The notes under the pieces: model-generated
Seen by the model: only the letters and a program-made list of their open reading frames with translations
Databases searched by the model: none
What the model was told of the DNA's origin: nothing
Made by a program: the position numbers and the translations under genes
Part shown: piece after piece, positions 27,217 to 36,207 of the stretch
Layout: each line of letters starts with the position of its first letter
Position numbering within the stretch: position 1 is the stretch's first letter
Source: Caulobacterales bacterium
Lineage (GTDB): Bacteria > Pseudomonadota > Alphaproteobacteria > Caulobacterales > Caulobacteraceae
Assembly (NCBI GenBank): GCA_038327995.1
Contig: JBBQLP010000010.1
Location: forward strand, 3,851 to 67,850
Direction: 5' to 3'
DNA: 64,000 nucleotides

Positions 27217-28614
27217 ATGCGGCTTCTGGTGGTGGGACGGCTGAGCGGCCAACTCGCGAGCGCGGTGAAGATGGCCATGTCCACGGGCGCCAAGGTGGCC
27301 CACGTGGAGACGATCATCCAGGCGACGCATGCCCTGCGCGCGGGGCAGGGGGCGGACCTGTTGATGGTTGATTACGACCTCGATATCGCCGCCCTGATTG
27401 CCGCCAACGAAATGGAGCGGATCAGAGTGCCGGTGGTCGCCTGCGGGGTGGGGGCCGATCCGCGCAAGGCCGCTGACGCCATCCGCGCGGGGGCCAAGGA
27501 GTTCATCCCCCTGCCGCCGGAGATCGAACTGATCGCGGCCGTGCTCGCCGCCATTTCCGACGATGACCGTCCGCTGGTGACGCGCGATCCCTCTATGCAG
27601 ACGGTGCTTTCATTGGCCGATCAGGTGGCGCCTTCCGAAGCCTCGATCCTTATCACCGGGGAAAGCGGGGTCGGCAAGGAGGTGATGGCCCGCTATGTAC
27701 ACAAGAAGTCGCGCCGGGCGGAAAAGCCCTTCATCAGCGTCAACTGCGCCGCCATCCCTGAGAACCTGCTGGAATCCGAACTGTTCGGGCATGAGAAGGG
27801 CTCGTTCACCGGGGCCATGGCGCGGCGGATCGGCAAGTTCGAGGAGGCGGACGGCGGCACTCTGCTGCTGGACGAAATCTCAGAGATGGATGTGCGGCTT
27901 CAGGCCAAGCTGTTGCGCGCCATTCAGGAGCGAGAGATCGACCGGGTGGGCGGTTCAAAGCCGGTCAAGATCAACATCCGCATCATCGCCACCTCCAACC
28001 GCGACCTTTCAGTGGCCGTGCGCGACGGGACCTTCCGCGAAGACCTGCTCTATCGCCTGAACGTGGTGAACCTGAAGCTGCCGCCGTTGCGGGAGCGTCC
28101 CGGCGACATCGTCGCCCTGGCCGAGCATTTCGTGAAGAAATACGCCGCCGCCAACGGCGTGCCGGAGCGCAAGATTTCCGACGAGGCGCGCCGTCGTCTG
28201 GTGTCGCACCGCTGGTCTGGCAATGTGCGCGAGCTGGAAAACGCCATGCACCGGGCGGTGTTGCTGGCCGTGGGGCCGGAGATCGAAGAAGGCGCGGTGC
28301 GGCTTCCCGACGGGCAGCTTTTGGGCGCTGGGGTTTCGGATGTGGGCGCCGTTGTCGCGGGACGCGCGGCCCAGACCGCCAACTATGCCGCCGACGCCGC
28401 CACCCGCGCCTTCGTCGGCCAGACTGTAGCGCAGATCGAACAGCAACTGATTCTGGAAACCCTCGGCCACTGCTTCGGCAACCGCACCCATGCCGCAAAC
28501 ATCCTCGGCATCTCCATCCGCACCCTCAGGAATAAGCTGAAAGAATACAGCGACATGGGTATGCCAGTGACGCCGCCGCAGGCAGGCGTGAGCGGGGCGT
28601 ATGCGGCGGCTTAG
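27217..28614 (+). CDS. flbD: sigma54-dependent transcriptional activator FlbD
   Basis: It has a receiver-like N-terminus. The AAA+ sigma54-interaction domain shows [23 protein letters not shown] and GTLLLDEI. The C-terminal Fis-type HTH is [20 protein letters not shown]. The ATG at 27217, 7 nt after AAGGAG, is preferred over the TTG at 27211. Confidence 0.9.
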   Translation: MRLLVVGRLSGQLASAVKMAMSTGAKVAHVETIIQATHALRAGQGADLLMVDYDLDIAALIAANEMERIRVPVVACGVGADPRKAADAIRAGAKEFIPLPPEIELIAAVLAAISDDDRPLVTRDPSMQTVLSLADQVAPSEASILITGESGVGKEVMARYVHKKSRRAEKPFISVNCAAIPENLLESELFGHEKGSFTGAMARRIGKFEEADGGTLLLDEISEMDVRLQAKLLRAIQEREIDRVGGSKPVKINIRIIATSNRDLSVAVRDGTFREDLLYRLNVVNLKLPPLRERPGDIVALAEHFVKKYAAANGVPERKISDEARRRLVSHRWSGNVRELENAMHRAVLLAVGPEIEEGAVRLPDGQLLGAGVSDVGAVVAGRAAQTANYAADAATRAFVGQTVAQIEQQLILETLGHCFGNRTHAANILGISIRTLRNKLKEYSDMGMPVTPPQAGVSGAYAAA

Positions 28615-28718
28615 CGCGCCCTTATTCGGCGTCTCAAGCCAATGGCGACGCCCAAACGGAACCGGCTATCGGATGAGTAGTCTGGTCTGCGTTCAACAAC
28701 AACGTAGTCGGGTCGCCC

Positions 28719-30821
28719 ATGACTGACCTCGCCGCCCGGCATTCCGGCTTCAAGCTTCCGACCCTCAAGGGCACCTGGGCCTTTGTGGGGCAGGGCGAGG
28801 TGGCGCTGGCGCTGGGCGTCATCGGCATTGTGCTGCTGCTGGTTCTGCCAGTGCCGGCGATCCTGATCGACCTTCTGCTCGCGCTGTCGCTGACCTCTGC
28901 TGTGCTGATCCTGATGACATCGCTCCTGATCCGGAAACCGCTGGAGTTTACCGCTTTTCCGACGGTGCTGCTGGTCACCACCCTGTTCCGCCTTGGCCTC
29001 AACCTCGCCTCCACCCGCCTGATCCTCAGCCACGGACACGAGGGCGGCGAGCCCGCGGGGCAGATCATCCAGGCCTTTGGCAGGCTGATGATGGCGGGCA
29101 ATTTCGTCATCGGGGTGATTGTGTTCGCCATCCTGGTCTTGGTGAACTTCGTGGTCATCACCAAGGGCTCGACCCGCATTGCCGAGGTGGCGGCGCGCTT
29201 CACCCTCGACGCCATGCCCGGCAAGCAGATGGCGATCGACGCGGACCTGTCGTCGGGCCTGATCGATGAAAAGGGCGCCAAGCAACGCCGCAAGGACCTC
29301 GAGCAGGAAAGCACCTTCTTCGGAGCCATGGACGGCGCCTCCAAGTTCGTGCGCGGCGACGCAGTGGCGGGTCTTATGATCACCGGCATCAATATCGTCG
29401 GCGGCATATTGATTGGCGTGCTGCAACACCACGTCACGCTTGAGACCGCAGCCTCCAGCTATACCGTCCTCACCATCGGCGAGGGTCTCGTCAGTCAGGT
29501 GCCGGCCTTGGTTATATCCATCGCGGCGGGCTTCCTGGTCTCCAAGGCGGGCGTTGAGGGATCGGCGGATAAGGCGCTGGTGTCGCAACTCGCCACCAAT
29601 CCGGTGTCGCTGGGCATGGTGTCGGCGGCGGCGGGGCTGGTGGCGGTGGTTCCGGGGATGCCGCTCCTGCCCTTCGCCGCCATCTCGCTCGGTGCAGGCG
29701 CCCTGGCTTGGCGACACGCGCACAAGCCGAAACAGGCCGACCTTGACGCACAGGCCACCGCGATCGAAGCCGCCAAACCAGCTGAGGACGAGCCCATCGC
29801 CGCCTCGCTCGCCATCGACGAGGTGAAGATCGAACTAGGTTATGGCCTGCTCGGCTTGATCAACGACCTCGATGGGCGAAAGCTGACCGACCAGATTAAG
29901 GCGCTCCGCCGCACCCTCGCCGCCGACTTCGGCTTCGTGATGCCGTCCGTGCGCATCCTCGACAATATGCGTCTGCCTAACCAGGGCTACCGGATCGTCA
30001 TCAAGGAGATGGAGGGCGGCAAGGGCGAGGTCCGCACCGGATGCCTGATGGCGATGGATCCGCGCGGCGGTCAGATCGAACTGCCCGGCGAGCATATGAA
30101 GGAGCCCGCCTTCGGGCTGCCCGCTACCTGGATCGACGAGAACCTGCGCGAGGAGGCTGCTTTCCGGGGCTATACCGTGGTCGACCCCGCCACGGTGCTG
30201 ACCACTCACCTCACGGAAATTCTCAAGGACAATATGGCCGACCTGCTCTCCTGGTCGGAGCTGCAGAAGCTGGTGAAGGAACTTCCGACCGAACAGAAGA
30301 AGTTGTGGGACGAACTGATCCCCTCGGTCGTCGCCGCCACCACGGTTCAACGGGTGCTGCAGGCGCTGCTGAAAGAGCGCGTCTCGATCCGCGACTTCAC
30401 CGCCATCCTCGAAGGCATCGGCGAGGCCGCGCCGCATACCCCCGGCGTCACCGCCCTGGTGGAGCACGTCCGGGGTCGTCTGGCGCGCCAGCTTTGCTGG
30501 CAGAACCGGGCCGACGACGGCGCCTTGCCCATCGTTTCGCTCTCACCGGAGTGGGAGCACGCCTTCGCCGAAGCCCTGATCGGTCCCGGCGACGACAAGC
30601 AACTGGCCCTCGCGCCTTCCAAACTTCAGGAGTTCATTCGCCAGGTACGCGACACGTTCGACCGCGCGGCCCAAGCGGGAGAGACCGGGGTGCTCCTCAC
30701 CTCAGCAGGCGTGCGCCCCTATGTCCGCTCGATCATCGAACGCTTTCGGGGCCAGACCGTGGTGATGAGCCAGAATGAAATCCACCCCAAGGCGCGGCTG
30801 AAGACTGTCGGAGTAGTTTAG
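28719..30821 (+). CDS. flhA: flagellar type III export apparatus protein FlhA
   Basis: It has an FHIPEP-family N-terminal membrane domain (FPTVLLVTTLFRLGLNLASTRLIL, GAMDGASKFVRGDA) and a large cytoplasmic C-terminal domain. Length is 700 aa. Confidence 0.94.
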   Translation: MTDLAARHSGFKLPTLKGTWAFVGQGEVALALGVIGIVLLLVLPVPAILIDLLLALSLTSAVLILMTSLLIRKPLEFTAFPTVLLVTTLFRLGLNLASTRLILSHGHEGGEPAGQIIQAFGRLMMAGNFVIGVIVFAILVLVNFVVITKGSTRIAEVAARFTLDAMPGKQMAIDADLSSGLIDEKGAKQRRKDLEQESTFFGAMDGASKFVRGDAVAGLMITGINIVGGILIGVLQHHVTLETAASSYTVLTIGEGLVSQVPALVISIAAGFLVSKAGVEGSADKALVSQLATNPVSLGMVSAAAGLVAVVPGMPLLPFAAISLGAGALAWRHAHKPKQADLDAQATAIEAAKPAEDEPIAASLAIDEVKIELGYGLLGLINDLDGRKLTDQIKALRRTLAADFGFVMPSVRILDNMRLPNQGYRIVIKEMEGGKGEVRTGCLMAMDPRGGQIELPGEHMKEPAFGLPATWIDENLREEAAFRGYTVVDPATVLTTHLTEILKDNMADLLSWSELQKLVKELPTEQKKLWDELIPSVVAATTVQRVLQALLKERVSIRDFTAILEGIGEAAPHTPGVTALVEHVRGRLARQLCWQNRADDGALPIVSLSPEWEHAFAEALIGPGDDKQLALAPSKLQEFIRQVRDTFDRAAQAGETGVLLTSAGVRPYVRSIIERFRGQTVVMSQNEIHPKARLKTVGVV

Positions 30822-30825
30822 GCTC

Positions 30826-31395
30826 TCAGCCCCTCGGCTTGATCGCCAGGGGCAGGGCGTCCCACAGCAGGGGGGAGTGTCCGCCCGTCGCGCGTTCGAT
30901 GTTGAGGAGGCGCAGCTTGGTGTCCACGCCGCCGGGCGCCGAGAAGCCTCCCGTCCGCCCAGCCGCCGCCAGCACCCGGTGACAGGGGACGATGATGGGC
31001 CAGGGATTGGCGCCCAGCGCCTGTCCCACCACACGCGAGAGGGCTACGTTGCCGACCCGCCGGGCGATCTCGCCATAGGTAAGGGTCTCGCCGGGGCGGA
31101 TTTCCAGCGCAATCTCATAGACCTTGAGATTAAACTCCGGCTGGCCCGTCCGGTCGAGCGACGCAAAGGTCAGGTCGATCTTCTCCCCTTCGGTCAGCTT
31201 TACGATGGCGGCCACGACATCGGCCACCTGAGCGGGCGGCGGGGCGGGCAAGGCGTTCGGATAGCGTCGCCTGAGTCGGGCCCCGGTCGCGCTTCGGTCC
31301 TTCTCCGGCAGTTGCAAGCCGACGATCCCGCCCTCGCCCCAAGCGAGGCCGCAGGCGCCGATGGCGGTGTCGAAGAGGTTAAAGCCCTGTTCCAT
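30826..31395 (-). CDS. ogt: methylated-DNA--protein-cysteine methyltransferase
   Basis: It has the active-site motif IVPCHRVL and the YGEIA helix. The ATG at 31395 gives a typical 189-aa protein. The ORF-track extension to 31530 is probably non-coding. Confidence 0.85.
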   Translation of the reverse strand: MEQGFNLFDTAIGACGLAWGEGGIVGLQLPEKDRSATGARLRRRYPNALPAPPPAQVADVVAAIVKLTEGEKIDLTFASLDRTGQPEFNLKVYEIALEIRPGETLTYGEIARRVGNVALSRVVGQALGANPWPIIVPCHRVLAAAGRTGGFSAPGGVDTKLRLLNIERATGGHSPLLWDALPLAIKPRG

Positions 31396-31514
31396 CCACG
31401 AACGATACCACCCGCGCGGGCGCTGTCCGACCCGATTTGCGGCTTGCGACGGGTCTGGATTCCTTTGAAAAGTGGGCGCACGATTGCCGGGCTCGGTGCT
31501 GGAGGAGGTAAAGC

Positions 31515-31928
31515 ATGAAGCTTGGCGCATTCGCGATGGTCGGTCTGGCGTTAGCTCTGGGTTCGGCCGCTGCTTTGGCTCAGGGTCGTCCGTCGGGCCC
31601 GGTTATTGCTCACCTGGCACACTGGCCGGACGTGATCGTCTGCCACGTGCCCGAAGCATCGGCGCTGGACATTCCTTCGGGGTTGGGCACAGGCAAGATG
31701 ATCCCGGCCCACACCTTAGTCAGCCGTCTCGCGCTCGCGCCGGGGAGCGATGGCCGCTACTATTATGCCCAAGGCCCCGTCGGCTTTTTCCCTGGCCATG
31801 CTGGGCGCCTGCCGGAGGGCGCGACCCTTGGCTTCAATCCGGATGGCTCATCCGCAGGGCGGGCGCCGGGCGATTGTGATGGGCGCTCGATCAGTGAGTT
31901 GCAGGGGTCTGGCGCAGCGCAGCGATAG
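31515..31928 (+). CDS. exported hypothetical protein (137 aa)
   Basis: A strong GGAGGAGG SD precedes the ATG. There is a signal peptide (MKLGAFAMVGLALALGSAAALAQG). I recognise no domain. Confidence 0.6.
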   Translation: MKLGAFAMVGLALALGSAAALAQGRPSGPVIAHLAHWPDVIVCHVPEASALDIPSGLGTGKMIPAHTLVSRLALAPGSDGRYYYAQGPVGFFPGHAGRLPEGATLGFNPDGSSAGRAPGDCDGRSISELQGSGAAQR

Positions 31929-31989
31929 ACCGGAGATCTATCGCTACCGTGACAGCACGGGCTAAGCTTCCGCGTCGCAGGGGAAAACC

Positions 31990-33003
31990 ATGATCAAGAC
32001 CATTGCCGCCGCGTTGCTTCTTTCGGGGACCCTCGCCAGCCCCGGTTTCGCCGCGACCTACACTCTGGAGGCGACGCCCAAGACTGTGGCGTGGGGCAAT
32101 TACAACGCCGCCGCGACCCCGGTGCTGACCATAAAGTCCGGCGACACGGTGGTGTTCCACACGCTTTTGACCAACAGCCCAGCAGGGTTGGAGAAGAACG
32201 GCGTCGCCTCCGCCGATGTGGAGAAGAGTCTTCGTGAGGTTTACGACAAGGTGACGGATCGGGGGCCGGGCGGCCATATCCTGACCGGGCCAGTGGCCAT
32301 CGAAGGGGCCGAGCCCGGCGACACGCTGGAGATCAGGATCAGGAAGATCGACCTGGCCATTCCCTACGCCTACAACGGGTTTCGCTACGGGCTCGGCATC
32401 CTCACCGACGAATTTCCCTATTCCCGCACCAAGATCATCCCGCTGGACCGGGACAAGATGATGGCGCGCTTTGCGCTTGGGGTGAACGTCCCGCTGCACC
32501 CCTTCTTCGGCTCCATGGGCGTGGCGCCGCCCGCGTCGTTCGGGCGCTACGACTCCACCCCGCCGACCATCAACGGCGGCAACATGGACAACAAGGAGCT
32601 GGTCGCCGGAACGACCCTCTACCTGCCCGTCTTCGCGCCCGGCGCCTTGTTCGAGGTGGGCGACGGTCACGCGGGGCAGGGCAACGGCGAGGTGGATGTC
32701 ACCGCCATGGAAACCTCGCTGGTCGGCACGCTGGAGTTTGTGCTGCACAAGGCGACGGACCAGAAATACCCCCGCGCGGAGACGCCGACGCACTACATTT
32801 CAATGGGCTTCGACGACGACCTCTCCATAGCCGCGCACAAGGCGGTGCATGAGATGGTCGAGTTCCTGGTCGCCGAGAAACACCTCAGCCGCGACGACGC
32901 CTATATGCTGACCAGCGTGGCGGGCGACGCCGACATCACCGAGGTGGTGGACCGCAATAAGGGCGTGCACGTGATGATGCCGAAAGCGATCTTCAGCAAA
33001 TAG
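31990..33003 (+). CDS. acetamidase/formamidase family protein (secreted)
   Basis: It has a signal peptide and an FmdA/AmdA-like core (GGHILTGPVAIEGAEPGDTLEIRI, GGNMDNKEL, LFEVGDGHAGQGNGEV). Confidence 0.8.
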   Translation: MIKTIAAALLLSGTLASPGFAATYTLEATPKTVAWGNYNAAATPVLTIKSGDTVVFHTLLTNSPAGLEKNGVASADVEKSLREVYDKVTDRGPGGHILTGPVAIEGAEPGDTLEIRIRKIDLAIPYAYNGFRYGLGILTDEFPYSRTKIIPLDRDKMMARFALGVNVPLHPFFGSMGVAPPASFGRYDSTPPTINGGNMDNKELVAGTTLYLPVFAPGALFEVGDGHAGQGNGEVDVTAMETSLVGTLEFVLHKATDQKYPRAETPTHYISMGFDDDLSIAAHKAVHEMVEFLVAEKHLSRDDAYMLTSVAGDADITEVVDRNKGVHVMMPKAIFSK

Positions 33004-33010
33004 AGACGAC

Positions 33011-33403
33011 TCAGACGCCCGCGAGGACCCGGTTCAGGACGGCTAGGATCTCGCTCGACGTGAACGGCTTTTGCAGGGTAGGGCGGTTCTTCCATTCGTC
33101 GGGCAGCCCACCGGCGCCATAACCGGTGGCGAATGCGAAGGGCACGCCACGCGCAGCCAGGGCCTCGGCCACGGGGAAAATCGGCTCGCCCGCCAAGTTT
33201 ACGTCCAGGATGGCGAAATCGATCTCAAGCGCTGTATCGCCTGCGAGCTTCAGCGCTTCGCCGATGCGCGTGGCTGTGGCGGCCACGACGCAGCCTTCAT
33301 CGGCCAGCATATCTTCGACCAACATGGCCACCAGCGTTTCATCTTCCACCAGGAAGACCCGCTTTCCGTTCAGCACGTCAATGTCGCTCAACGCCCACCC
33401 CAA
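33011..33403 (-). CDS. single-domain response regulator (CheY-like receiver)
   Basis: Motifs: VFLVEDE, DFAILDVNL (phospho-acceptor Asp), FATGY and KPF. There is no output domain. Confidence 0.85.
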   Translation of the reverse strand: MGWALSDIDVLNGKRVFLVEDETLVAMLVEDMLADEGCVVAATATRIGEALKLAGDTALEIDFAILDVNLAGEPIFPVAEALAARGVPFAFATGYGAGGLPDEWKNRPTLQKPFTSSEILAVLNRVLAGV

Positions 33404-33467
33404 ATTGTCCGCTTACACTGCGGCGCGGAACGGTTGTTTCACGCTGCGGACGCAGGACCAACCGATT

Positions 33468-34457
33468 TCAAAGCTTGGCTGGTGCGGCGGTCACTCTTGT
33501 AAGGATCTCGACAGCCAACCGCTCGGTTTCATTCAAGGGCTCATAGGTCCAGGTGTGATACTCGCCGGTAAAACGCCGGGCTATGCCCCGCTGCGTAAGA
33601 TCGGCATGGAACAGGCGTTTCCTGCGTTGCTTGCCGTCCACGTCGGCGATGTGGATTGGCTTTCCGGTGGAGGCGGCCTCGGCCACCATGTTGATACTGT
33701 CCTCCGTCACGATCACCGCATCGGCGGCGGCGAGGAAGGCGAAATAGGGGTTCTCGCTCTCGCCGTCCCACAGGATGCCGGGAAGCGCCGATAGCCGCGC
33801 CGACAGGATCGCTCTGGCGTCGGCGGGGGTGCGGCGCGAATAGGTGACGAGCACCGAGCCGCCGATCCCCTCCACCATGCGCGCGATCTGGTCGGCCAGG
33901 GCGTGGGCGCGCTTGGGCGAGATGTCGAAGGCCCTGGACTTGCCGCCCACCAGCACCGCTACGCGCGGGCGGGGAAAGGGGGCGATGCGCGCTCTGAAAG
34001 CTTCAAAGTCCACCGCCAGCCGTTCGGGCGTCACCCGGTGGGGCGAGCCGACGATGGGGAAGACCTCAGGCCCGGCGCGCTCGTCGTGGTGGGGCGGAAC
34101 GATCATGTCGAACAAATGCTCGGGCAGGCGAGGGTCCTGAAGCTGCACCACGAAGGTGCGTCCCTGCGACCATCGCCGCATCTTCACTGACAATGGCAGG
34201 CTGGCCCGCCCGGCGGCGATCCACAGGTCCGGGTACGGGGGCGAGAAATCACTGGAGCCCGAGGACATCCCCCACTTAGGCGCGGGGTTCCAGGTGGCGC
34301 GCAGGGGATCGAGGTAGGCTTTCCAGCCAATGCGCTTGACGGTGATTGCGGCGGGCGTCAATCGCGCAACGGCCTCGGCTACACCCAAAACCTGACTGAC
34401 AATCCCCGCCCGCCCGTCGGCGACAGCCCAGATGGTGATGGGGGAGGGCAGAGTCAT
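33468..34457 (-). CDS. ELM1/DUF1022-family protein (putative glycosyltransferase-like)
   Basis: Length and motif pattern (IWAVADGRAGIVSQVLGVAEA..., VLVGG(K)S, VTEDSINMVAEAASTGKPI) match the family annotated as mitochondrial fission ELM1-like in alphaproteobacteria. This is from memory. Confidence 0.6.
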   Translation of the reverse strand: MTLPSPITIWAVADGRAGIVSQVLGVAEAVARLTPAAITVKRIGWKAYLDPLRATWNPAPKWGMSSGSSDFSPPYPDLWIAAGRASLPLSVKMRRWSQGRTFVVQLQDPRLPEHLFDMIVPPHHDERAGPEVFPIVGSPHRVTPERLAVDFEAFRARIAPFPRPRVAVLVGGKSRAFDISPKRAHALADQIARMVEGIGGSVLVTYSRRTPADARAILSARLSALPGILWDGESENPYFAFLAAADAVIVTEDSINMVAEAASTGKPIHIADVDGKQRRKRLFHADLTQRGIARRFTGEYHTWTYEPLNETERLAVEILTRVTAAPAKL

Positions 34458-34476
34458 GCAGGGAGGGTCAGGATTT

Positions 34477-34950
34477 TTAGACCCACTCGACCTTCAAAAT
34501 CTCATATGACCGCACGCCGTTGGGGGTGAACACCTCGACGGACTCACCCTTTTCCTTGCCGATCATGCCGCGCGCGAGCGGCGAAGTGAGCGACAGGCGG
34601 CCCTGTTTCACATCAGCCTCATGTTCGCCGACAATCTGGTAGCGGCTCTCGTCCTCGGTGTCCTCGTCAAGCACGGTCACAGTCGCGCCGAACTTCACCG
34701 CCGCGCCCGACAGCTTGGAGACGTCGATCACCTGGGCGCGGGACATCTTGTCCTCGATCTCGGCGATGCGGCCCTCGATCCAGCCCTGACGGTCCTTGGC
34801 GGCGTGGTATTCGGCGTTTTCCGACAGGTCGCCGTGCGCGCGCGCCTCTGAGATCGAGGCGATTACGCTGGGGCGTTCCTGGGTCTTCAGCCGCTTCAGT
34901 TCTTCGTCGAGGATACGATATCCCTCGGCGGTCATAGGCACTTTTTCCAT
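34477..34950 (-). CDS. greA: transcription elongation factor GreA
   Basis: N-terminus: [22 protein letters not shown]...[21 protein letters not shown]. The C-terminal FKBP-like domain includes [14 protein letters not shown]. Confidence 0.94.
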   Translation of the reverse strand: MEKVPMTAEGYRILDEELKRLKTQERPSVIASISEARAHGDLSENAEYHAAKDRQGWIEGRIAEIEDKMSRAQVIDVSKLSGAAVKFGATVTVLDEDTEDESRYQIVGEHEADVKQGRLSLTSPLARGMIGKEKGESVEVFTPNGVRSYEILKVEWV

Positions 34951-34987
34951 GGGGAGGTGAGTGTCGCCTGGTTCGCGTGAGTAGGAA

Positions 34988-35026
34988 CGAAAATCCCCGG
35001 AGCGCGCGTGTCGCGGGCGTCCGGGG
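34988..35026 (-). terminator. Rho-independent terminator closing the carB-patatin-small membrane protein transcription unit
   Basis: The minus strand reads CCCCGGA(cgcccgcgacacgcgcgc)TCCGGGG followed by ATTTTCGTT. It lies 58 nt downstream of the 72-aa ORF stop. Confidence 0.6.
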
Positions 35027-35083
35027 GCTAAGAGGATAGGGGGTTAGTGCGGGAATCGCAAGATGGGGTGGGCTATGGCCGGG

Positions 35084-35302
35084 TTAGCGCGAAATCTTTG
35101 GGCTGCCCCGCATCCAAAAACTCGCGATCAAGCAGCCCAGACCTCCGAACGCGAGAGCCAGTATTACGGTTACTGCCGAGGCCGAAACGCCGACGACGTA
35201 ATAGTGGTGCGCCCATACGATCAACGTCATGGGTCCGGCGAGCAACAAAAGGCCGAATATAGTCAACGCGATGATCGCAACATTGCGCGCTTTCACTCCC
35301 AA
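35084..35302 (-). CDS. small membrane protein (72 aa, two predicted TM helices)
   Basis: It has two hydrophobic stretches (VAIIALTIFGLLLLAGPMTLIVW; VSASAVTVILALAFGGLGCLIASFW). It overlaps the patatin gene stop by 10 nt. Confidence 0.55.
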   Translation of the reverse strand: MGVKARNVAIIALTIFGLLLLAGPMTLIVWAHHYYVVGVSASAVTVILALAFGGLGCLIASFWMRGSPKISR

Positions 35303-36201
35303 ACCGCCGCAACCTTCTCCGCCTCGCGCCGTCCCTGCTCGATCCCGGCGCGCGTGATCCCGGCGCGGTCTTTTGCTTCCATCAGGTTGGGGCCGAAGAT
35401 GGCGAGGCTGGCGGCGTCGGGAACGATCAGGGCGAAGGCGGTCTCATGGCCCAGCGCTTCTTCTTCCTTGGCGATGCGGGCCATCTGCATCTCCTTGCCC
35501 ATGGCGCCTACCACAGCGAGCGCCAACACCCGCCGGGCGCCTTTCACTAGGTCGATGCTGGTCGAGGAACGCATCCCGCCGTCCATGTAGCGATGCTCAC
35601 CGATGGTGATGGGCGGAAAGATGCTAGGCACGGCGCAAGACGAGGCGACGGCGTGGGCGAGGGGCACACCATCCGCCGCTTCCCACAGCCGGAACTCACC
35701 GCTCGCCACATCGATAGCGGTGCAAGCAAAGGGTTCGGGCCACGCGAGATCGGCGAGGCTGCGCCCAAACCCCTCCACGAAAGCGTCCTCGGTAATGGTA
35801 GGCGTGCGAAGGGCGAGGGTGCCGTATTCGCGCATCCGATCAGCTTGAGTCTCTCCCTCCGCCATCGGGCGCATCATGATCTGGATCAGGGGCATAAGGT
35901 CGGGCTTTGGCATCCGCTCGGCGCTGGCGGGCTTGCCCTCCGCCCGCTCCACAGCATCCTTCTCGCCTAGCGCAATCTGTGCGTCGGCCAGAGACTGCGC
36001 GCTGCGCCCCGAAGCGAGTTGGGCGCCCACGAACGAGCCCGCCGAAGTACCGAGCACCCGGACGGCGCGGGACAGAATCACGCCCTCCGCCTCGAGGCCC
36101 GCCGCTATACCCGCTTCCCAGGCGATGCCCACCGGCCCGCCGCCCCCCAGCACCAGCGCGCGTTCAATCTGCATAGGCATAGGGACCTCCGTGGCGCACA
36201 T
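35293..36201 (-). CDS. patatin-like phospholipase
   Basis: It has the oxyanion motif GGGGPVG, the nucleophile elbow GTSAGS (GxSxG) and the catalytic Asp motif DGG (YMDGGM). The start is 6 nt after the carB stop. Confidence 0.85.
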   Translation of the reverse strand: MCATEVPMPMQIERALVLGGGGPVGIAWEAGIAAGLEAEGVILSRAVRVLGTSAGSFVGAQLASGRSAQSLADAQIALGEKDAVERAEGKPASAERMPKPDLMPLIQIMMRPMAEGETQADRMREYGTLALRTPTITEDAFVEGFGRSLADLAWPEPFACTAIDVASGEFRLWEAADGVPLAHAVASSCAVPSIFPPITIGEHRYMDGGMRSSTSIDLVKGARRVLALAVVGAMGKEMQMARIAKEEEALGHETAFALIVPDAASLAIFGPNLMEAKDRAGITRAGIEQGRREAEKVAAVWE

Positions 36202-36207
36202 CCAAAC

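Noticed and set aside
28615-28718. A search for a CtrA box or sigma54 promoter in the flbD-flhA spacer.
   Set aside because: There is no TTAA-N7-TTAAC or TGGC-N7-TTGC-like match within one or two mismatches. The flhA promoter cannot be called from sequence alone.
35293-36201. The patatin-like phospholipase as the effector of an anti-phage system (CBASS-type or similar).
   Set aside because: No cyclase, nucleotidyltransferase, sensor NTPase or other defence-associated partner lies nearby. The neighbours are carB, a 72-aa membrane protein and greA.
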